64,000 nucleotides of DNA from a virus (taxonomy: Duplodnaviria > Heunggongvirae > Uroviricota > Caudoviricetes): IMG/VR virus record IMGVR_UViG_3300025364_000002; one strand, given 5' to 3'. Shown here piece after piece: positions 1 through 9,393 of the stretch; positions within the stretch are counted from its first letter, which is position 1; each line of letters starts with the position of its first letter. A program made the translations under genes and the position numbers. The notes beneath the pieces were generated by a model. That model had not been told where the DNA came from. It worked only from the letters and a program-made list of their open reading frames with translations, and did not search any database.

Positions 1-438
1 TTCATTTCTACTATTTACTCTTTGTCGATTCCATTTTTTCTGTATGGAACAAAATTCTTCAAAAGTTACTGGATTTGAGGCGAAAATTTTGTCATGCGGC
101 GTCCAATCTTCCTCAGAGATTTCAAGATCGGTCCCGTCACAAAACGGATATGCATCCGAAGCAAGCAAGGTGTTGCACTTAGGACAATACCAGGGTTTTG
201 TATCGCCCCAACATTCCCAATCAAACTTAAGATCTTCTTCGGTTGGTTCCATTATTTTTTACTTTTCAGATAAGACCAAAAAGGTTTTCTCTTGATAATA
301 AGGTTGTACCATCTTTGAGGAGCTTCCCAACCAGCTCTAATGGTGTTCGAAACAGCAATGGCCGGCAGTCTTGTTAAAAACAAGACGTAACCGGCCATGC
401 TTCCCTTTCTGCGCTTTCTTCGCCTCATATGAGGCAAT

Positions 439-870
439 TTAGTCGTAGGTGCGCCCAATGGTTAAATGAGACTTCCAATTGCTTGGAATACCAAACTCAT
501 CACGGATTTTCCTTACCATCGGGCAATCAACTTCAACAATCCAAAAGTAAGGCTTTTTAGCCTGACGCACTTCATGACTATAGCTGAATTCTACCTTTTG
601 TCCGTCATACTTCTTCCACAGGTGGACCAAGTGCTTTCTAGGCTTTTCACCACGAATAATAGAAATATGCGCATCCCATGCAGGTTGCTTGAGATCAATC
701 ATATAACGACGCCAAACCCACCAGCGGTAATACCTGGTAATTTCACGATCAACTATGATGATTGCCCACCAATCCGTACGCCTCTTCATCCCTGGTCGAG
801 GCGGGTCATACTTAATAATTCCAGTGCTGGTGTGCCACATGATACCCTCCTCACTAAATGACATTGACAC
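439..870 (-). CDS. 2H phosphoesterase family protein (LigT/Acb1-like fold)
   Basis: Two Hx(S/T)h motifs, AHISII and SHLTIG, in a 143-aa ORF. Confidence 0.6.
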   Translation of the reverse strand: MSMSFSEEGIMWHTSTGIIKYDPPRPGMKRRTDWWAIIIVDREITRYYRWWVWRRYMIDLKQPAWDAHISIIRGEKPRKHLVHLWKKYDGQKVEFSYSHEVRQAKKPYFWIVEVDCPMVRKIRDEFGIPSNWKSHLTIGRTYD

Positions 871-873
871 TTC

Positions 874-902
874 ATCTTATCATCTAAGTAAGGAAAAGTC
901 AA
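874..902 (-). promoter_or_regulatory. sigma70-like promoter
   Basis: TTGACT-17 bp-TAAGAT just upstream of the 870 start. Confidence 0.5.
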
Positions 903-922
903 GTGCATTATGAGAAATTGCA

Positions 923-1168
923 TTAATCGTTGAAAAGTGGCAGCGGAATGCCATAAGGCTGTGTCACATCTTCATCATCGGCCCAATCAAAATTATCTTC
1001 TACGTCAGCTGCTGATGGAAATTTCTTTTTCAAGAACTCTTGAACTTCTGCGGCCTGTTTTTCAGTATAATTTTCACAAGTTTCAACGTATCCACATTCA
1101 ATGGATGTTGCACCAAGGTAAATGTTTGGGTAACCACATTTTGGACATCGTTGGATTTTATCAGTCAT
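923..1168 (-). CDS. hypothetical protein with N-terminal Cys cluster
   Basis: 81-aa ORF, CPKC...C...C, acidic tail. Confidence 0.6.
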   Translation of the reverse strand: MTDKIQRCPKCGYPNIYLGATSIECGYVETCENYTEKQAAEVQEFLKKKFPSAADVEDNFDWADDEDVTQPYGIPLPLFND

Positions 1169-1215
1169 TATTAACTCCTTTGATTAGGAGTATTACACAT
1201 CCGAGCAAATGTATT

Positions 1216-1260
1216 TGGACCTTGTTGTCGGATTCGAACCTGTGACCCCCTGATCCCAAA
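1216..1260 (-). pseudogene. 3' half remnant of tRNA-Pro(TGG)
   Basis: TTTGGGA loop, GGTTCGAATCC and terminal CCA but no 5' half; directly after intact tRNA-Pro. Confidence 0.5.
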
Positions 1261-1265
1261 TTTAG

Positions 1266-1337
1266 TCGGAGTGGAGGGATTCGAACCCCCGACCGCCGGT
1301 TCCCAAAACCGGAGCGCTACCACTGCGCTACACTCCG
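1266..1337 (-). tRNA. tRNA-Pro(TGG)
   Basis: Full cloverleaf, loop TTTGGGA, C1-G72, ends A-CTA. Confidence 0.93.
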
Positions 1338-1401
1338 AATATCGGTCTAACTCACCACAATGATAAACTGTATGACAATTTTACCTGTAAGTATTACTAC
1401 T

Positions 1402-3309
1402 CTACACCGGATACTCTCGTATTTGAATAGATTTTGGCCACTCGACAGGATCATCACCTTTTTTACTGTTCAACTTCGACATGGTCAAGCCTGTCAATAT
1501 CGGCTTAGAACCGAGCTGTTTTACAAATACTTTAGTTGATGTACCATTGACGCATTTCACCACGTTGTCTGCCCAAATCCAATCAAAAGCTCGGGCTCCT
1601 GAACCGCTTTCCCCGCCCACAACAATCCAATCAAGGTCATTGACCCAAGGAGAAAAGTCAACGGGTGCTAAGGCTGGTTCGTAACTTGCCCAGCGTACTT
1701 TTGAAGTAGTTCTCAACAGAATTGGGATTCTTTTATCTGCTGTTGACTGGTCTTCACAAGACACTCCGAGCCAAACATTGTTCAGCGGCCACGTTTTGTC
1801 AACTTTATCAGTTTCTTTTCGACCGGTAAGCTTTCTAGCCTCATTGGCACAATATTCAGCTGGTGATGGGACTTGCAAGGCAACCCAATCAAACCAATCC
1901 TTTGCTCTTTCTGGTCTTTTTGTTAATACCTGAAAGGTATGCTTTTGTGCAGCTGCCATTACGCCAAAGACAGCAGCAATGTATTCATTAGCGACGCCAT
2001 GATGAAAGAGATCACTCATTGAATTAACGAACACCATTCTTGGCTTAGTCCAACGAATGGGGTCTGCAAGCTTGTCTGGTACAAGCATAATATTGCCATT
2101 CCACCTTGGACCCTTTTTGCCGACGGCAATTAACCCATGGTAAGGCTCTCCAGGCCCAGAAAACCTATGTGCGACCGTTTCCGCATAGCAATTATGCACA
2201 GCCATTCCTAATGCTATGAATGTACCAGAGGTGGTTTGTATATCTACCAAATTGCGTTTACCAATTCGTCTAATCCCATCAAATTTTATTGATTGTTTTG
2301 ATGGAAATCTTCGTCCATGAAAGTCAACCGTCTTTCTTTGTAATGCAGGTTGAATTGTAGATAAAAATTGAATTTTATCAGAAATGGTTCCCAGGAGTAT
2401 TTCACTTTTGTTTACTTGCGTAGAATATTGTTCATATTTGGATTTAAATCCCAAATCAGCAATTGCACGATGAGCAATGTTCAATAAATTGTTTTCTTTG
2501 GTCTGATTAAATCTTAGATTTTTGCCACTATAACATCCATCCATATCCAAAAAACCAGCAAGAAACCCAGCTTTCCAATTAAAGTCACTTTCTTCCCGTA
2601 TTATAATATTCCTAATTTTTAGGAGATTGTCCATAATCCGAGTTTCAATTTTCAACATGGGAAGGTTGGCTTCCCTGTAAAGAAATGCATCACCTCCATT
2701 AAAGGAGCGAATATTAATATTTTTACAGCCAAATTCGATCAATGCTTTTTTTAAGCGTTCAAGAATTGGTTTATCTGTTGCCAAAACTGCCACACGACAA
2801 TAAGATTGAAGAGTGCCATTTTTCCCAGAACCTTCAATTCTAATTGTGTCGTCGCCACCAACAACTCCAGCAATATATCCTGCCAAATAGGGTTTAGAAT
2901 TTATATCTGGCAACCACTTTGGAAACCCAATACTAGATATTTTTGTGTTTAAATTAATCTTTTCAGCTTTTCTCCAATATGGTCTATGTGGAGATAAAAA
3001 CAAATGGTCAACACTTGATACTATCGTATTAGAACCAAAATATAATTCTACCGCTTCTTTCCTGGTTTTCCAAGTTTTAACAACCGTAGCCTCTTCAAAA
3101 ACTCTATTTTGTCCAACTTTAGGATTGTCAGTAAAAGCAATAACTTTATCACCCTCTTTAATCTCGCCAATAGGCACCCAACTCATATCGGACATTAAAA
3201 CAGGCGTATCTGGGCCCAGGCAATTTTCGCAACCCTTGGAAACTCTAGAACAGCCTCTCAAAGGATTCCATGTGGCATCAGTCCACTGTATTCCGGTCTT
3301 GTTTCCCAT
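1402..3309 (-). CDS. DUF5131 / phage Gp37-Gp68 family protein (CX6CX2C motif) containing an intein
   Basis: WTDATWNPLRGCSRVSKGCEN|CYAE and MVFVNSMSDLFH, WLGVSCEDQ, WIVVGGESG motifs. Confidence 0.88.
   Translation of the reverse strand: MGNKTGIQWTDATWNPLRGCSRVSKGCENCLGPDTPVLMSDMSWVPIGEIKEGDKVIAFTDNPKVGQNRVFEEATVVKTWKTRKEAVELYFGSNTIVSSVDHLFLSPHRPYWRKAEKINLNTKISSIGFPKWLPDINSKPYLAGYIAGVVGGDDTIRIEGSGKNGTLQSYCRVAVLATDKPILERLKKALIEFGCKNINIRSFNGGDAFLYREANLPMLKIETRIMDNLLKIRNIIIREESDFNWKAGFLAGFLDMDGCYSGKNLRFNQTKENNLLNIAHRAIADLGFKSKYEQYSTQVNKSEILLGTISDKIQFLSTIQPALQRKTVDFHGRRFPSKQSIKFDGIRRIGKRNLVDIQTTSGTFIALGMAVHNCYAETVAHRFSGPGEPYHGLIAVGKKGPRWNGNIMLVPDKLADPIRWTKPRMVFVNSMSDLFHHGVANEYIAAVFGVMAAAQKHTFQVLTKRPERAKDWFDWVALQVPSPAEYCANEARKLTGRKETDKVDKTWPLNNVWLGVSCEDQSTADKRIPILLRTTSKVRWASYEPALAPVDFSPWVNDLDWIVVGGESGSGARAFDWIWADNVVKCVNGTSTKVFVKQLGSKPILTGLTMSKLNSKKGDDPVEWPKSIQIREYPV
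2191..3222 (-). mobile_element. intein with LAGLIDADG homing endonuclease (344 aa)
   Basis: Starts CLGPDTPV, ends AVHN before Cys+1; YLAGYIAGVVGGD and FLAGFLDMDG motifs. Confidence 0.92.
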
Positions 3310-3312
3310 TTA

Positions 3313-3537
3313 CTAATTCGTTCGACCAATTTGTCTATTGACCATAGACATCAACTGATTGTACACGCCTGGATCTGGCGGAAGAACCCAGTTTCCTTCT
3401 TCATCTACTCTCATACAGTTTTCTTCAAAAACTGACCAAACGTCACAGTAATAAACGTCGCCCATTTCGGTGCACATGTCTTCAGCAGTTTGAGCAAAAT
3501 CATTCACCAAAAAAACAAGCATGTGTTGCTTGAACAT
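3313..3537 (-). CDS. hypothetical protein
   Basis: 74-aa ORF packed in operon. Confidence 0.6.
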   Translation of the reverse strand: MFKQHMLVFLVNDFAQTAEDMCTEMGDVYYCDVWSVFEENCMRVDEEGNWVLPPDPGVYNQLMSMVNRQIGRTN

Positions 3538-3856
3538 AGCGCATTAAATGTGATGTTTGATGGTCTAATAAACTTAATCTGAAACCACGTTCAAGTTCTG
3601 TTGAATGCATTTGTTCCAGTCTCAACTGCTGAACGTCATTGAACTCTTCAGTTATTCTAATAATTTCTCTATTGTTTTCTTGAATCAATCTCACGGTCTC
3701 AATTTGACCTTCAGCCATTCTAAGTCGCATCGACAATTGATCAACTTGTTCAATGACATATAAACAAAAAAGACATAAAACCATCACTGCTGCTGCTACT
3801 AACGCAGTTCGCAACCCATCTTTACTGTTATTATAAAGCGATTTTAGGAAACTCAT
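3500..3856 (-). CDS. hypothetical membrane-anchored coiled-coil protein
   Basis: One hydrophobic segment followed by a heptad-like region. Confidence 0.6.
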   Translation of the reverse strand: MSFLKSLYNNSKDGLRTALVAAAVMVLCLFCLYVIEQVDQLSMRLRMAEGQIETVRLIQENNREIIRITEEFNDVQQLRLEQMHSTELERGFRLSLLDHQTSHLMRYVQATHACFFGE

Positions 3857-4125
3857 TATGCAAGTGTCTCAACTCTCTCATTAATGCTCAAAACTGCAAC
3901 TTCACAAGTTCCTTCACCAAAAACCTTTTCCCAGGATTTTTTTAGATCACGGGCTCTCTTTTTCACTTCCTTGCTGTCAGGGTCATCTGAATATAATACA
4001 AAGACACGCTTGGGGTCAAATACATATTCTACAGCAGGCGAGTAATTGTCAACAGATTCTCCGTTAACAGTAATCATTGATTCTGTGGTCATGCTAGGCA
4101 CTTGTGCTGAATTGTTTGAGTTCAT
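3856..4125 (-). CDS. hypothetical protein
   Basis: 89-aa ORF; start uncertain because it overlaps the GIY-YIG end. Confidence 0.55.
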   Translation of the reverse strand: MNSNNSAQVPSMTTESMITVNGESVDNYSPAVEYVFDPKRVFVLYSDDPDSKEVKKRARDLKKSWEKVFGEGTCEVAVLSINERVETLA

Positions 4126-4846
4126 TTCTTCTCTCCATTTTGTTTAAAATATAAGGTGTCCAACCTCTATATGTGTTACGTTTATTATTTGCCACTTGAT
4201 TCATCTTTGAAAGATGTAAGTTATTTTCTCTGCAAAATTTCGATAAATTTGTAATTGAAACTATTTCTCCATCAGGAGAAACAATCTTATAAGATTTTTG
4301 ATTTGATTTGATTGCTGCCAAGTTGGTAACTTTAGATGGTCTTTTGCCCCTATTTGCATTTTTTATTTTTTTTACATGTTCTTTTGATAGACTTCTTCCG
4401 GATAGTGCTTTAGATATATTGTTTTTATGTTGTTCTGATAGTAATCGACCTTTGAGTGAAGAAGAAATTTTTCTTTTAGTTTCCTCTGATACAACAGTTT
4501 TTCTTGAATTAAAACTTCCTTCACGTGAAATGGCTTTTTGTCGTAAATTATAGCATTTTTTTCCGGAATCAAAAAATTTATCTAAATATCGCTGTTCTAT
4601 TTCCAATCTCTTGTTCAAATCATTCACTTCTTGAAGAACTTCGAAAATAAAAAATTCTGATCCACATTTAGAAAAATCAGATTGAAGAAATCGATTGCCA
4701 TGCTTCCCCAAAAGAAGAGCATGTTTATGTTTATAGGCTCTTGTTTTAAAAGATTTACAAGAACCATAATAAACTCTATGGTTCTTACGGTTAAAAATTC
4801 TATAAACCCCACCTTTATTGGAACAACCGTTATATATTAACTTCAT
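4094..4846 (-). mobile_element. free-standing GIY-YIG homing endonuclease with NUMOD3-like repeats
   Basis: GGVYRIFN...VYYGS motif; SEETKRKISSSLKG and SEQHKNNIS repeats. Confidence 0.88.
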
Positions 4847-4882
4847 ATAAAAATTGTGGGTACTGCTGGTTATTTTGTCTAA

Positions 4883-5323
4883 CTATTCAATATTTATCCG
4901 CTTTAATTCAGCTCTGCGCTCCATGAGTAAAATTCCTAACCAATTCTTACCCTGACCTGTCTTATTGTCTACTCCCCAAAATTGATCATGCCACGTATTT
5001 CCCTCAATCAAAATGGCTGGTTCGGTAGCAATTAGCATTTCGGCAAAAATCGATCCTTCGGCAAACTTAAGTCTAAGTCCCTCTCTCATCACATGTATTT
5101 TTACAGATTCCCAATCCTTGCGCAAATCTAGAGATTTTCCAGCTCGCTTTGCAGCTCCTGGGGATTTAAGAGAGGCAATGCGCTTTCTTTCGCTGTGTGA
5201 GTTTGTCTTCATTGCTTGATAAAAGTGCTCATTTGTTGCATAGACAATTCCATCATGAATGAAGGGGCTTTCATAGAAATTTGAAAGAAAGCTAAAGTCA
5301 TCAGTAAAACTGTCGATTTTCAT
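4883..5323 (-). CDS. NADAR (YbiA-like) family protein
   Basis: FLSNFY, NEHFYQAMK, LIEGNTWHDQFWG motifs. Confidence 0.9.
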   Translation of the reverse strand: MKIDSFTDDFSFLSNFYESPFIHDGIVYATNEHFYQAMKTNSHSERKRIASLKSPGAAKRAGKSLDLRKDWESVKIHVMREGLRLKFAEGSIFAEMLIATEPAILIEGNTWHDQFWGVDNKTGQGKNWLGILLMERRAELKRINIE

Positions 5324-5643
5324 CTGACATTTGCCCTTCGTGTCTTATTCCGACGCCTTTTTTGTTTTGAAACCCAGGTTGTAAAGTTTACAACTTTTGG
5401 ATGTGTCATTAAAAGCTCTAGCGTATTGTATTCTTTGCCAAGATCCTTTTCGGTAATAAAGTCGTGAAGTGCTTCGTGGCAATCTTCACATATGTCTACA
5501 CCACGATTCAACTCTTCCTTTGAGTACCTTTTCTGATACCATTTCTTAGAATGAAGAGTTCGTGGAATCAGGTGATGAAAAGTAAGACATGTCTCTTCAC
5601 GAGAACACATCGGACAAGTTCCAATTTTATTGATTGTTACCAT
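5320..5643 (-). CDS. small HNH-domain protein
   Basis: CPMC...TFHHLIP...CEDCHEALH. Confidence 0.75.
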   Translation of the reverse strand: MVTINKIGTCPMCSREETCLTFHHLIPRTLHSKKWYQKRYSKEELNRGVDICEDCHEALHDFITEKDLGKEYNTLELLMTHPKVVNFTTWVSKQKRRRNKTRRANVR

Positions 5644-5872
5644 TGTTTTGATATAGAGATTCTATTCTATAAGAGGCAATTTTCATCCCAGAATGTTCAA
5701 CCAACCTCATAAAGATATGCAATGCATGGTTTTCATTTTCAGCATCGATTACAGCTTCGTGTGATTCTTCAGCACCTTTTGTATGTTGATCCTGTTTTAC
5801 TGCCCACCGATTTGAAATGTCAGTAAGTGGCCTAAAAATAATTTTATACTTCATCTTATCCCAAAGCGCCAA
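5627..5872 (-). CDS. hypothetical protein
   Basis: 81-aa ORF in operon. Confidence 0.55.
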   Translation of the reverse strand: MALWDKMKYKIIFRPLTDISNRWAVKQDQHTKGAEESHEAVIDAENENHALHIFMRLVEHSGMKIASYRIESLYQNNGNNQ

Positions 5873-5919
5873 ACGGCATTTTTAATAACTACATTCGAAC
5901 CTGTCTTTAGCTATTTTAG

Positions 5920-6039
5920 CTCCAGAGGAGGGATTCGAACCCCCGACTAATCAGCTATCTTTGAAACCATCGGATTCGCATTGCAACAAGCTTTATCCGA
6001 TTCCCACAACCGATCGCTCTACCATTGAGCTACTCTAGA
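5920..6039 (-). ncRNA. tRNA-Asn-like scaffold with ~47-nt insertion in the anticodon loop
   Basis: Perfect acceptor TCTAGAG/CTCTGGA, G73, normal D and T arms, stem ATCGG/CTGAT enclosing a hairpin insert. Confidence 0.8.
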
Positions 6040-6052
6040 ACGACCAGAATCA

Positions 6053-6117
6053 GCAGACCTGTGGAGTCTCCAATGACCTGGCCTAGTCGCATTCCTCAGT
6101 CCACAATAAAGGTCTGC
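6053..6117 (-). ncRNA. putative structured RNA
   Basis: Stems GCAGACCT/AGGTCTGC and GTGGA/TCCAC in intergenic DNA. Confidence 0.4.
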
Positions 6118-6158
6118 GAGTAGATTTTTACTTTAGAAAGAACAGACGCAAATGTTTG

Positions 6159-7565
6159 CTATAAACATGGATTAACAATAATATCTTCAAGTCTTTCAAC
6201 CATAACCGCTGGGTCTGTAGAAATTAGATGAAAGGTAGCACAATCATCAAAATCTGTGTTGTTAACTGATGCCCCAAAGACTGTCAATGATTCTCCGTGC
6301 GTAAACGAATTACACATTTCCATTTCACGTACTTCTGACAAACCTCTTGTAGAACTTCTATATGTTTGCCCTCTTTCATCAGTAAACATTATCATAATGC
6401 GAATTGAACCTTCCCGCCAAGATAAACCTCTTCTGGTGGGTGAGAGCATATCAGCTATACCATCACCATTTGAATCAATACCGTGTTCAATTTCACCAGT
6501 TGCGCTTTCATAAACTGCATCCCAAGTTGGCTCCTGTGCACCACCATCAGCATCCAAACTAGATAGCCTACTATTAAAGCTAGTGAAATCAGAAAAATCA
6601 AGTTCTACAAATGCTCTTCTGTCTAATGCGCCTCGGCCAGAAATAAGAACCAATGCAAACCTAAATTCGGGATTTCCTGCATACAGTGCTGAAAAAGTTG
6701 TTGTTGCTTCACGAACAGCTGCAATTGTAGAAGACATTGAACCAGAAATATCGATCAAATAAAGAATGTCAAAACCATTTGGTTCTATTGTTATACACAC
6801 CCCATCTTCATAAGCACCATCAATGCATCCATCACAATCATCGTCGACCCTATTACAGGCAAGCAAACCAACTTCTGGCACCGGCGGAATTTCACCATCG
6901 CATTCAGACCAAGTTCCTCCGGTTTCACAAACTTGACGTCCTTTTCGACAAGGTGAGATAATCGAATCTATATTAGGCCCAGAATAGCACCATTGTGATA
7001 AAGGCCCTGTGGAATCACTATTTTCATCTACCTCACCATCACAATCATTGTCAATGTCATCACAATCTTCTGGAACGCAATTTAAAAAAGTACAAGAGCC
7101 TTCAATGCATGCAAATCCTCTTGGACACATATCATCAAATTCACAAATATCTACACAATAGCCATTGCCTGTAATGGAATCAGTGATACATTCTTGCTCA
7201 CCAGAACTTTCTTCATTGTTGCAGTCTTGAGTATTTTCGCATTCAGTAAAACGATCTGATCTGACGCAAGAACCCATACGGCAGTCTGCACCTTCACCAC
7301 ATGGTGGCCCGTTACCACATCTGCAAGAGCCATCTATGCATTGGTCAGAATCCATAATCGGACAAAAATTTCCACAACCCCCGCAATTTCTGAAATCAGT
7401 TCTTAGTCTAGCAAGATCATCACTTTCACACGGGGGTCCAGCATCCGTGTCTGTTATAGACATCAATCCAGAATCAGAGAGTGGCGGTATTAGTGGTATT
7501 CCTTCTTGGTTGGAACACGCAAACAAACCAATGCAAAACACACTTAAAACCGCTACTTTTTTCAT
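6159..7565 (-). CDS. Cys-rich lipoprotein with myxobacterial-type repeats and a C-terminal vWA domain
   Basis: Lipobox LFAC, TDFRNCGGCGNFC, CDDIDNDCDGEVDE repeats, LIDISGSMS MIDAS motif. Confidence 0.8.
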   Translation of the reverse strand: MKKVAVLSVFCIGLFACSNQEGIPLIPPLSDSGLMSITDTDAGPPCESDDLARLRTDFRNCGGCGNFCPIMDSDQCIDGSCRCGNGPPCGEGADCRMGSCVRSDRFTECENTQDCNNEESSGEQECITDSITGNGYCVDICEFDDMCPRGFACIEGSCTFLNCVPEDCDDIDNDCDGEVDENSDSTGPLSQWCYSGPNIDSIISPCRKGRQVCETGGTWSECDGEIPPVPEVGLLACNRVDDDCDGCIDGAYEDGVCITIEPNGFDILYLIDISGSMSSTIAAVREATTTFSALYAGNPEFRFALVLISGRGALDRRAFVELDFSDFTSFNSRLSSLDADGGAQEPTWDAVYESATGEIEHGIDSNGDGIADMLSPTRRGLSWREGSIRIMIMFTDERGQTYRSSTRGLSEVREMEMCNSFTHGESLTVFGASVNNTDFDDCATFHLISTDPAVMVERLEDIIVNPCL

Positions 7566-7636
7566 GTAAGCTCCTGTTTATTACACCTTACCAGATAATC
7601 AATTCTAATTCAACAGAAAAAATTATTAAATAATCC

Positions 7637-8434
7637 TTACTCAAGATCCTCTGAGTTTCTCAGAGTTTGATTACGTTGTGTTAACACCTCACAACCTTCA
7701 TCTGTAACAAGAATGGTATGCTCAAATTGAGCTGAAAGACTGCCATCTAAAGTTAAAACCGTCCATCCATCTGATGCAATGAAGCATCCATCATTGCCCA
7801 TGTTTACAATGGGTTCAATTGTGAAAATCATGCCCGGCTTAAGAACTTCTCCGAGGCCAGGTGTCCCAAAATGAAAAATAGACGGTTTACTGTGAAATTC
7901 TCGACCCACTCCGTGCCCAACAAATTCTTTTACAACTTTAAAACCTTTAGAAGTAACATGCGTTTCAATCGCATGACCAATATGCCCAACAGTAATTCCA
8001 GGTTTTACAATCTCGATAGCCTTCTTGAGGCTTTCACGGGTCGTTTCAACAAGTAGCCTTGCCTCTTGAGAAGGCGTGCCAACATAAAACATAGCACTGC
8101 TATCACCATGAAATCCTCCATTTTTTGGAAAAAAAACGGAGACATCTACATTAATAATGTCACCATTTTCTAGTTTTTCTTTAGTGCTTGGTATTCCATG
8201 ACAAGCAACTTCGTTACGACTGGTACATACGCTCTTAGGGAAGCCCTTATAATTCAAGGGAGATGGATAAGCGCCATTACTTGTAATAAACTCATGCACC
8301 AAAACATTTATATCTTCTGTAGTGATCCCTGGTTGGATGTGTTCGCCAACCAAAACGAGAGTTTCTGCTGTTAATCGGCAAGACTCTCTCATTAATACCA
8401 TTTCTTCTTTGTTTAAAGGTAGCACATTACCCAC
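7637..8434 (-). CDS. map: methionine aminopeptidase type I
   Basis: SVCTSRNEVACHGIP, DVSV, GDSS, GHGVGREFH, TIEP, SAQFEHTILVT motifs. Confidence 0.96.
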   Translation of the reverse strand: MGNVLPLNKEEMVLMRESCRLTAETLVLVGEHIQPGITTEDINVLVHEFITSNGAYPSPLNYKGFPKSVCTSRNEVACHGIPSTKEKLENGDIINVDVSVFFPKNGGFHGDSSAMFYVGTPSQEARLLVETTRESLKKAIEIVKPGITVGHIGHAIETHVTSKGFKVVKEFVGHGVGREFHSKPSIFHFGTPGLGEVLKPGMIFTIEPIVNMGNDGCFIASDGWTVLTLDGSLSAQFEHTILVTDEGCEVLTQRNQTLRNSEDLE

Positions 8435-8584
8435 CGTGTGTTATTAACAATTTTAGACCAACTTTTCAGTGTCAAGGAAACACCTATAAGGTTACTTTAC
8501 TTTTAAGGTGTTGGTCAATATCACTCAAGTATCAACACTAGAGCAAATTATGTAAAGCCACCTAGGTGGCTTCATTGTTGCTTC

Positions 8585-8665
8585 ACAAAGAACTCGGATT
8601 CGAACCGAGAATACCTTTACAGGCGGCGCAAGTTGCGAAGTGTATACCATTTCCACCATTCTTTG
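8585..8665 (-). ncRNA. tRNA-Leu-like RNA with collapsed anticodon loop
   Basis: Leu-type D arm, long variable arm, perfect acceptor and T arms, anticodon arm CGCA-ACT-TGCG. Confidence 0.7.
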
Positions 8666-8681
8666 GAGAGGCAAACAAAGT

Positions 8682-8903
8682 CTAGGTCCAGACCAACTTA
8701 CCTTTCTTTCCATTGTGAAAAAGAGTCAAGCCTCCTTGGTCTCTAAAGCACCCATAGGACTGTCCACGAGAAGTCATAACAGCTTCGAAATGGATAAGGT
8801 ACAATCCATCTAGTACAAAAACCTCCCGCCCTTCTAGGGCGGCATCAAGCAATTGTTCAGCGAGACTTATGTCATACATTGCTTTTGTCGTTACCATATT
8901 CAT
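8682..8903 (-). CDS. hypothetical protein
   Basis: 73-aa ORF. Confidence 0.5.
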   Translation of the reverse strand: MNMVTTKAMYDISLAEQLLDAALEGREVFVLDGLYLIHFEAVMTSRGQSYGCFRDQGGLTLFHNGKKGKLVWT

Positions 8904-9189
8904 TTTTTCGAGCTTTCATCATTGTTTCGGTTTTAATTTGGGCAATAACCGTATCCAACTCATCTGCAAGTTTGCGTAGCTTTTCTGGTGTTATTTCCAC
9001 TCCACCCAGGTGGAACTTGGCTGCGTTGTGGTATGAATTCAATTCCAACTGCTGGGTGGTATTTAATCCCCTAAAAACACCATCGCCATTATCCCAAAAG
9101 TCAGTAACCAACGAAAAAGCTTCGCCGCCATTGTCTTTTTCATTAAAGGTAAATACATGACGAGCAAGATGTTTTTTATCAGAACTCAT
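8872..9189 (-). CDS. hypothetical protein
   Basis: 105-aa ORF in operon. Confidence 0.65.
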   Translation of the reverse strand: MSSDKKHLARHVFTFNEKDNGGEAFSLVTDFWDNGDGVFRGLNTTQQLELNSYHNAAKFHLGGVEITPEKLRKLADELDTVIAQIKTETMMKARKNEYGNDKSNV

Positions 9190-9393
9190 TTATTCATCCT
9201 TATCCTTGTAAATTCGATTTTTTATTGCAAATTGCGGGGTTAGCCAAAATCTTGAGTCTGGCTTTGTTGCTATTTTACTTTCATTTGGATGGTAAGCTCG
9301 GCCATGCAATGGTTGAAAGCAGGGTTTTTCACAATACACACAAGTTGTATTTCCGAAACTTTTTCCAATAGCCTTAGAACATAACTTTGTCAC
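9190..9393 (-). CDS. hypothetical protein
   Basis: 67-aa ORF with CxxC. Confidence 0.5.
   Translation of the reverse strand: MTKLCSKAIGKSFGNTTCVYCEKPCFQPLHGRAYHPNESKIATKPDSRFWLTPQFAIKNRIYKDKDE

Noticed and set aside
5920-6039. Archaeal-type bulge-helix-bulge intron or group I intron
   Set aside because: The geometry does not match a 3-4-3 BHB at 37/38, and 47 nt is far too short for a self-splicing intron.
8445-8475. sigma70 promoter upstream of map
   Set aside because: TTGACA and TAAAAT are only 14 bp apart.
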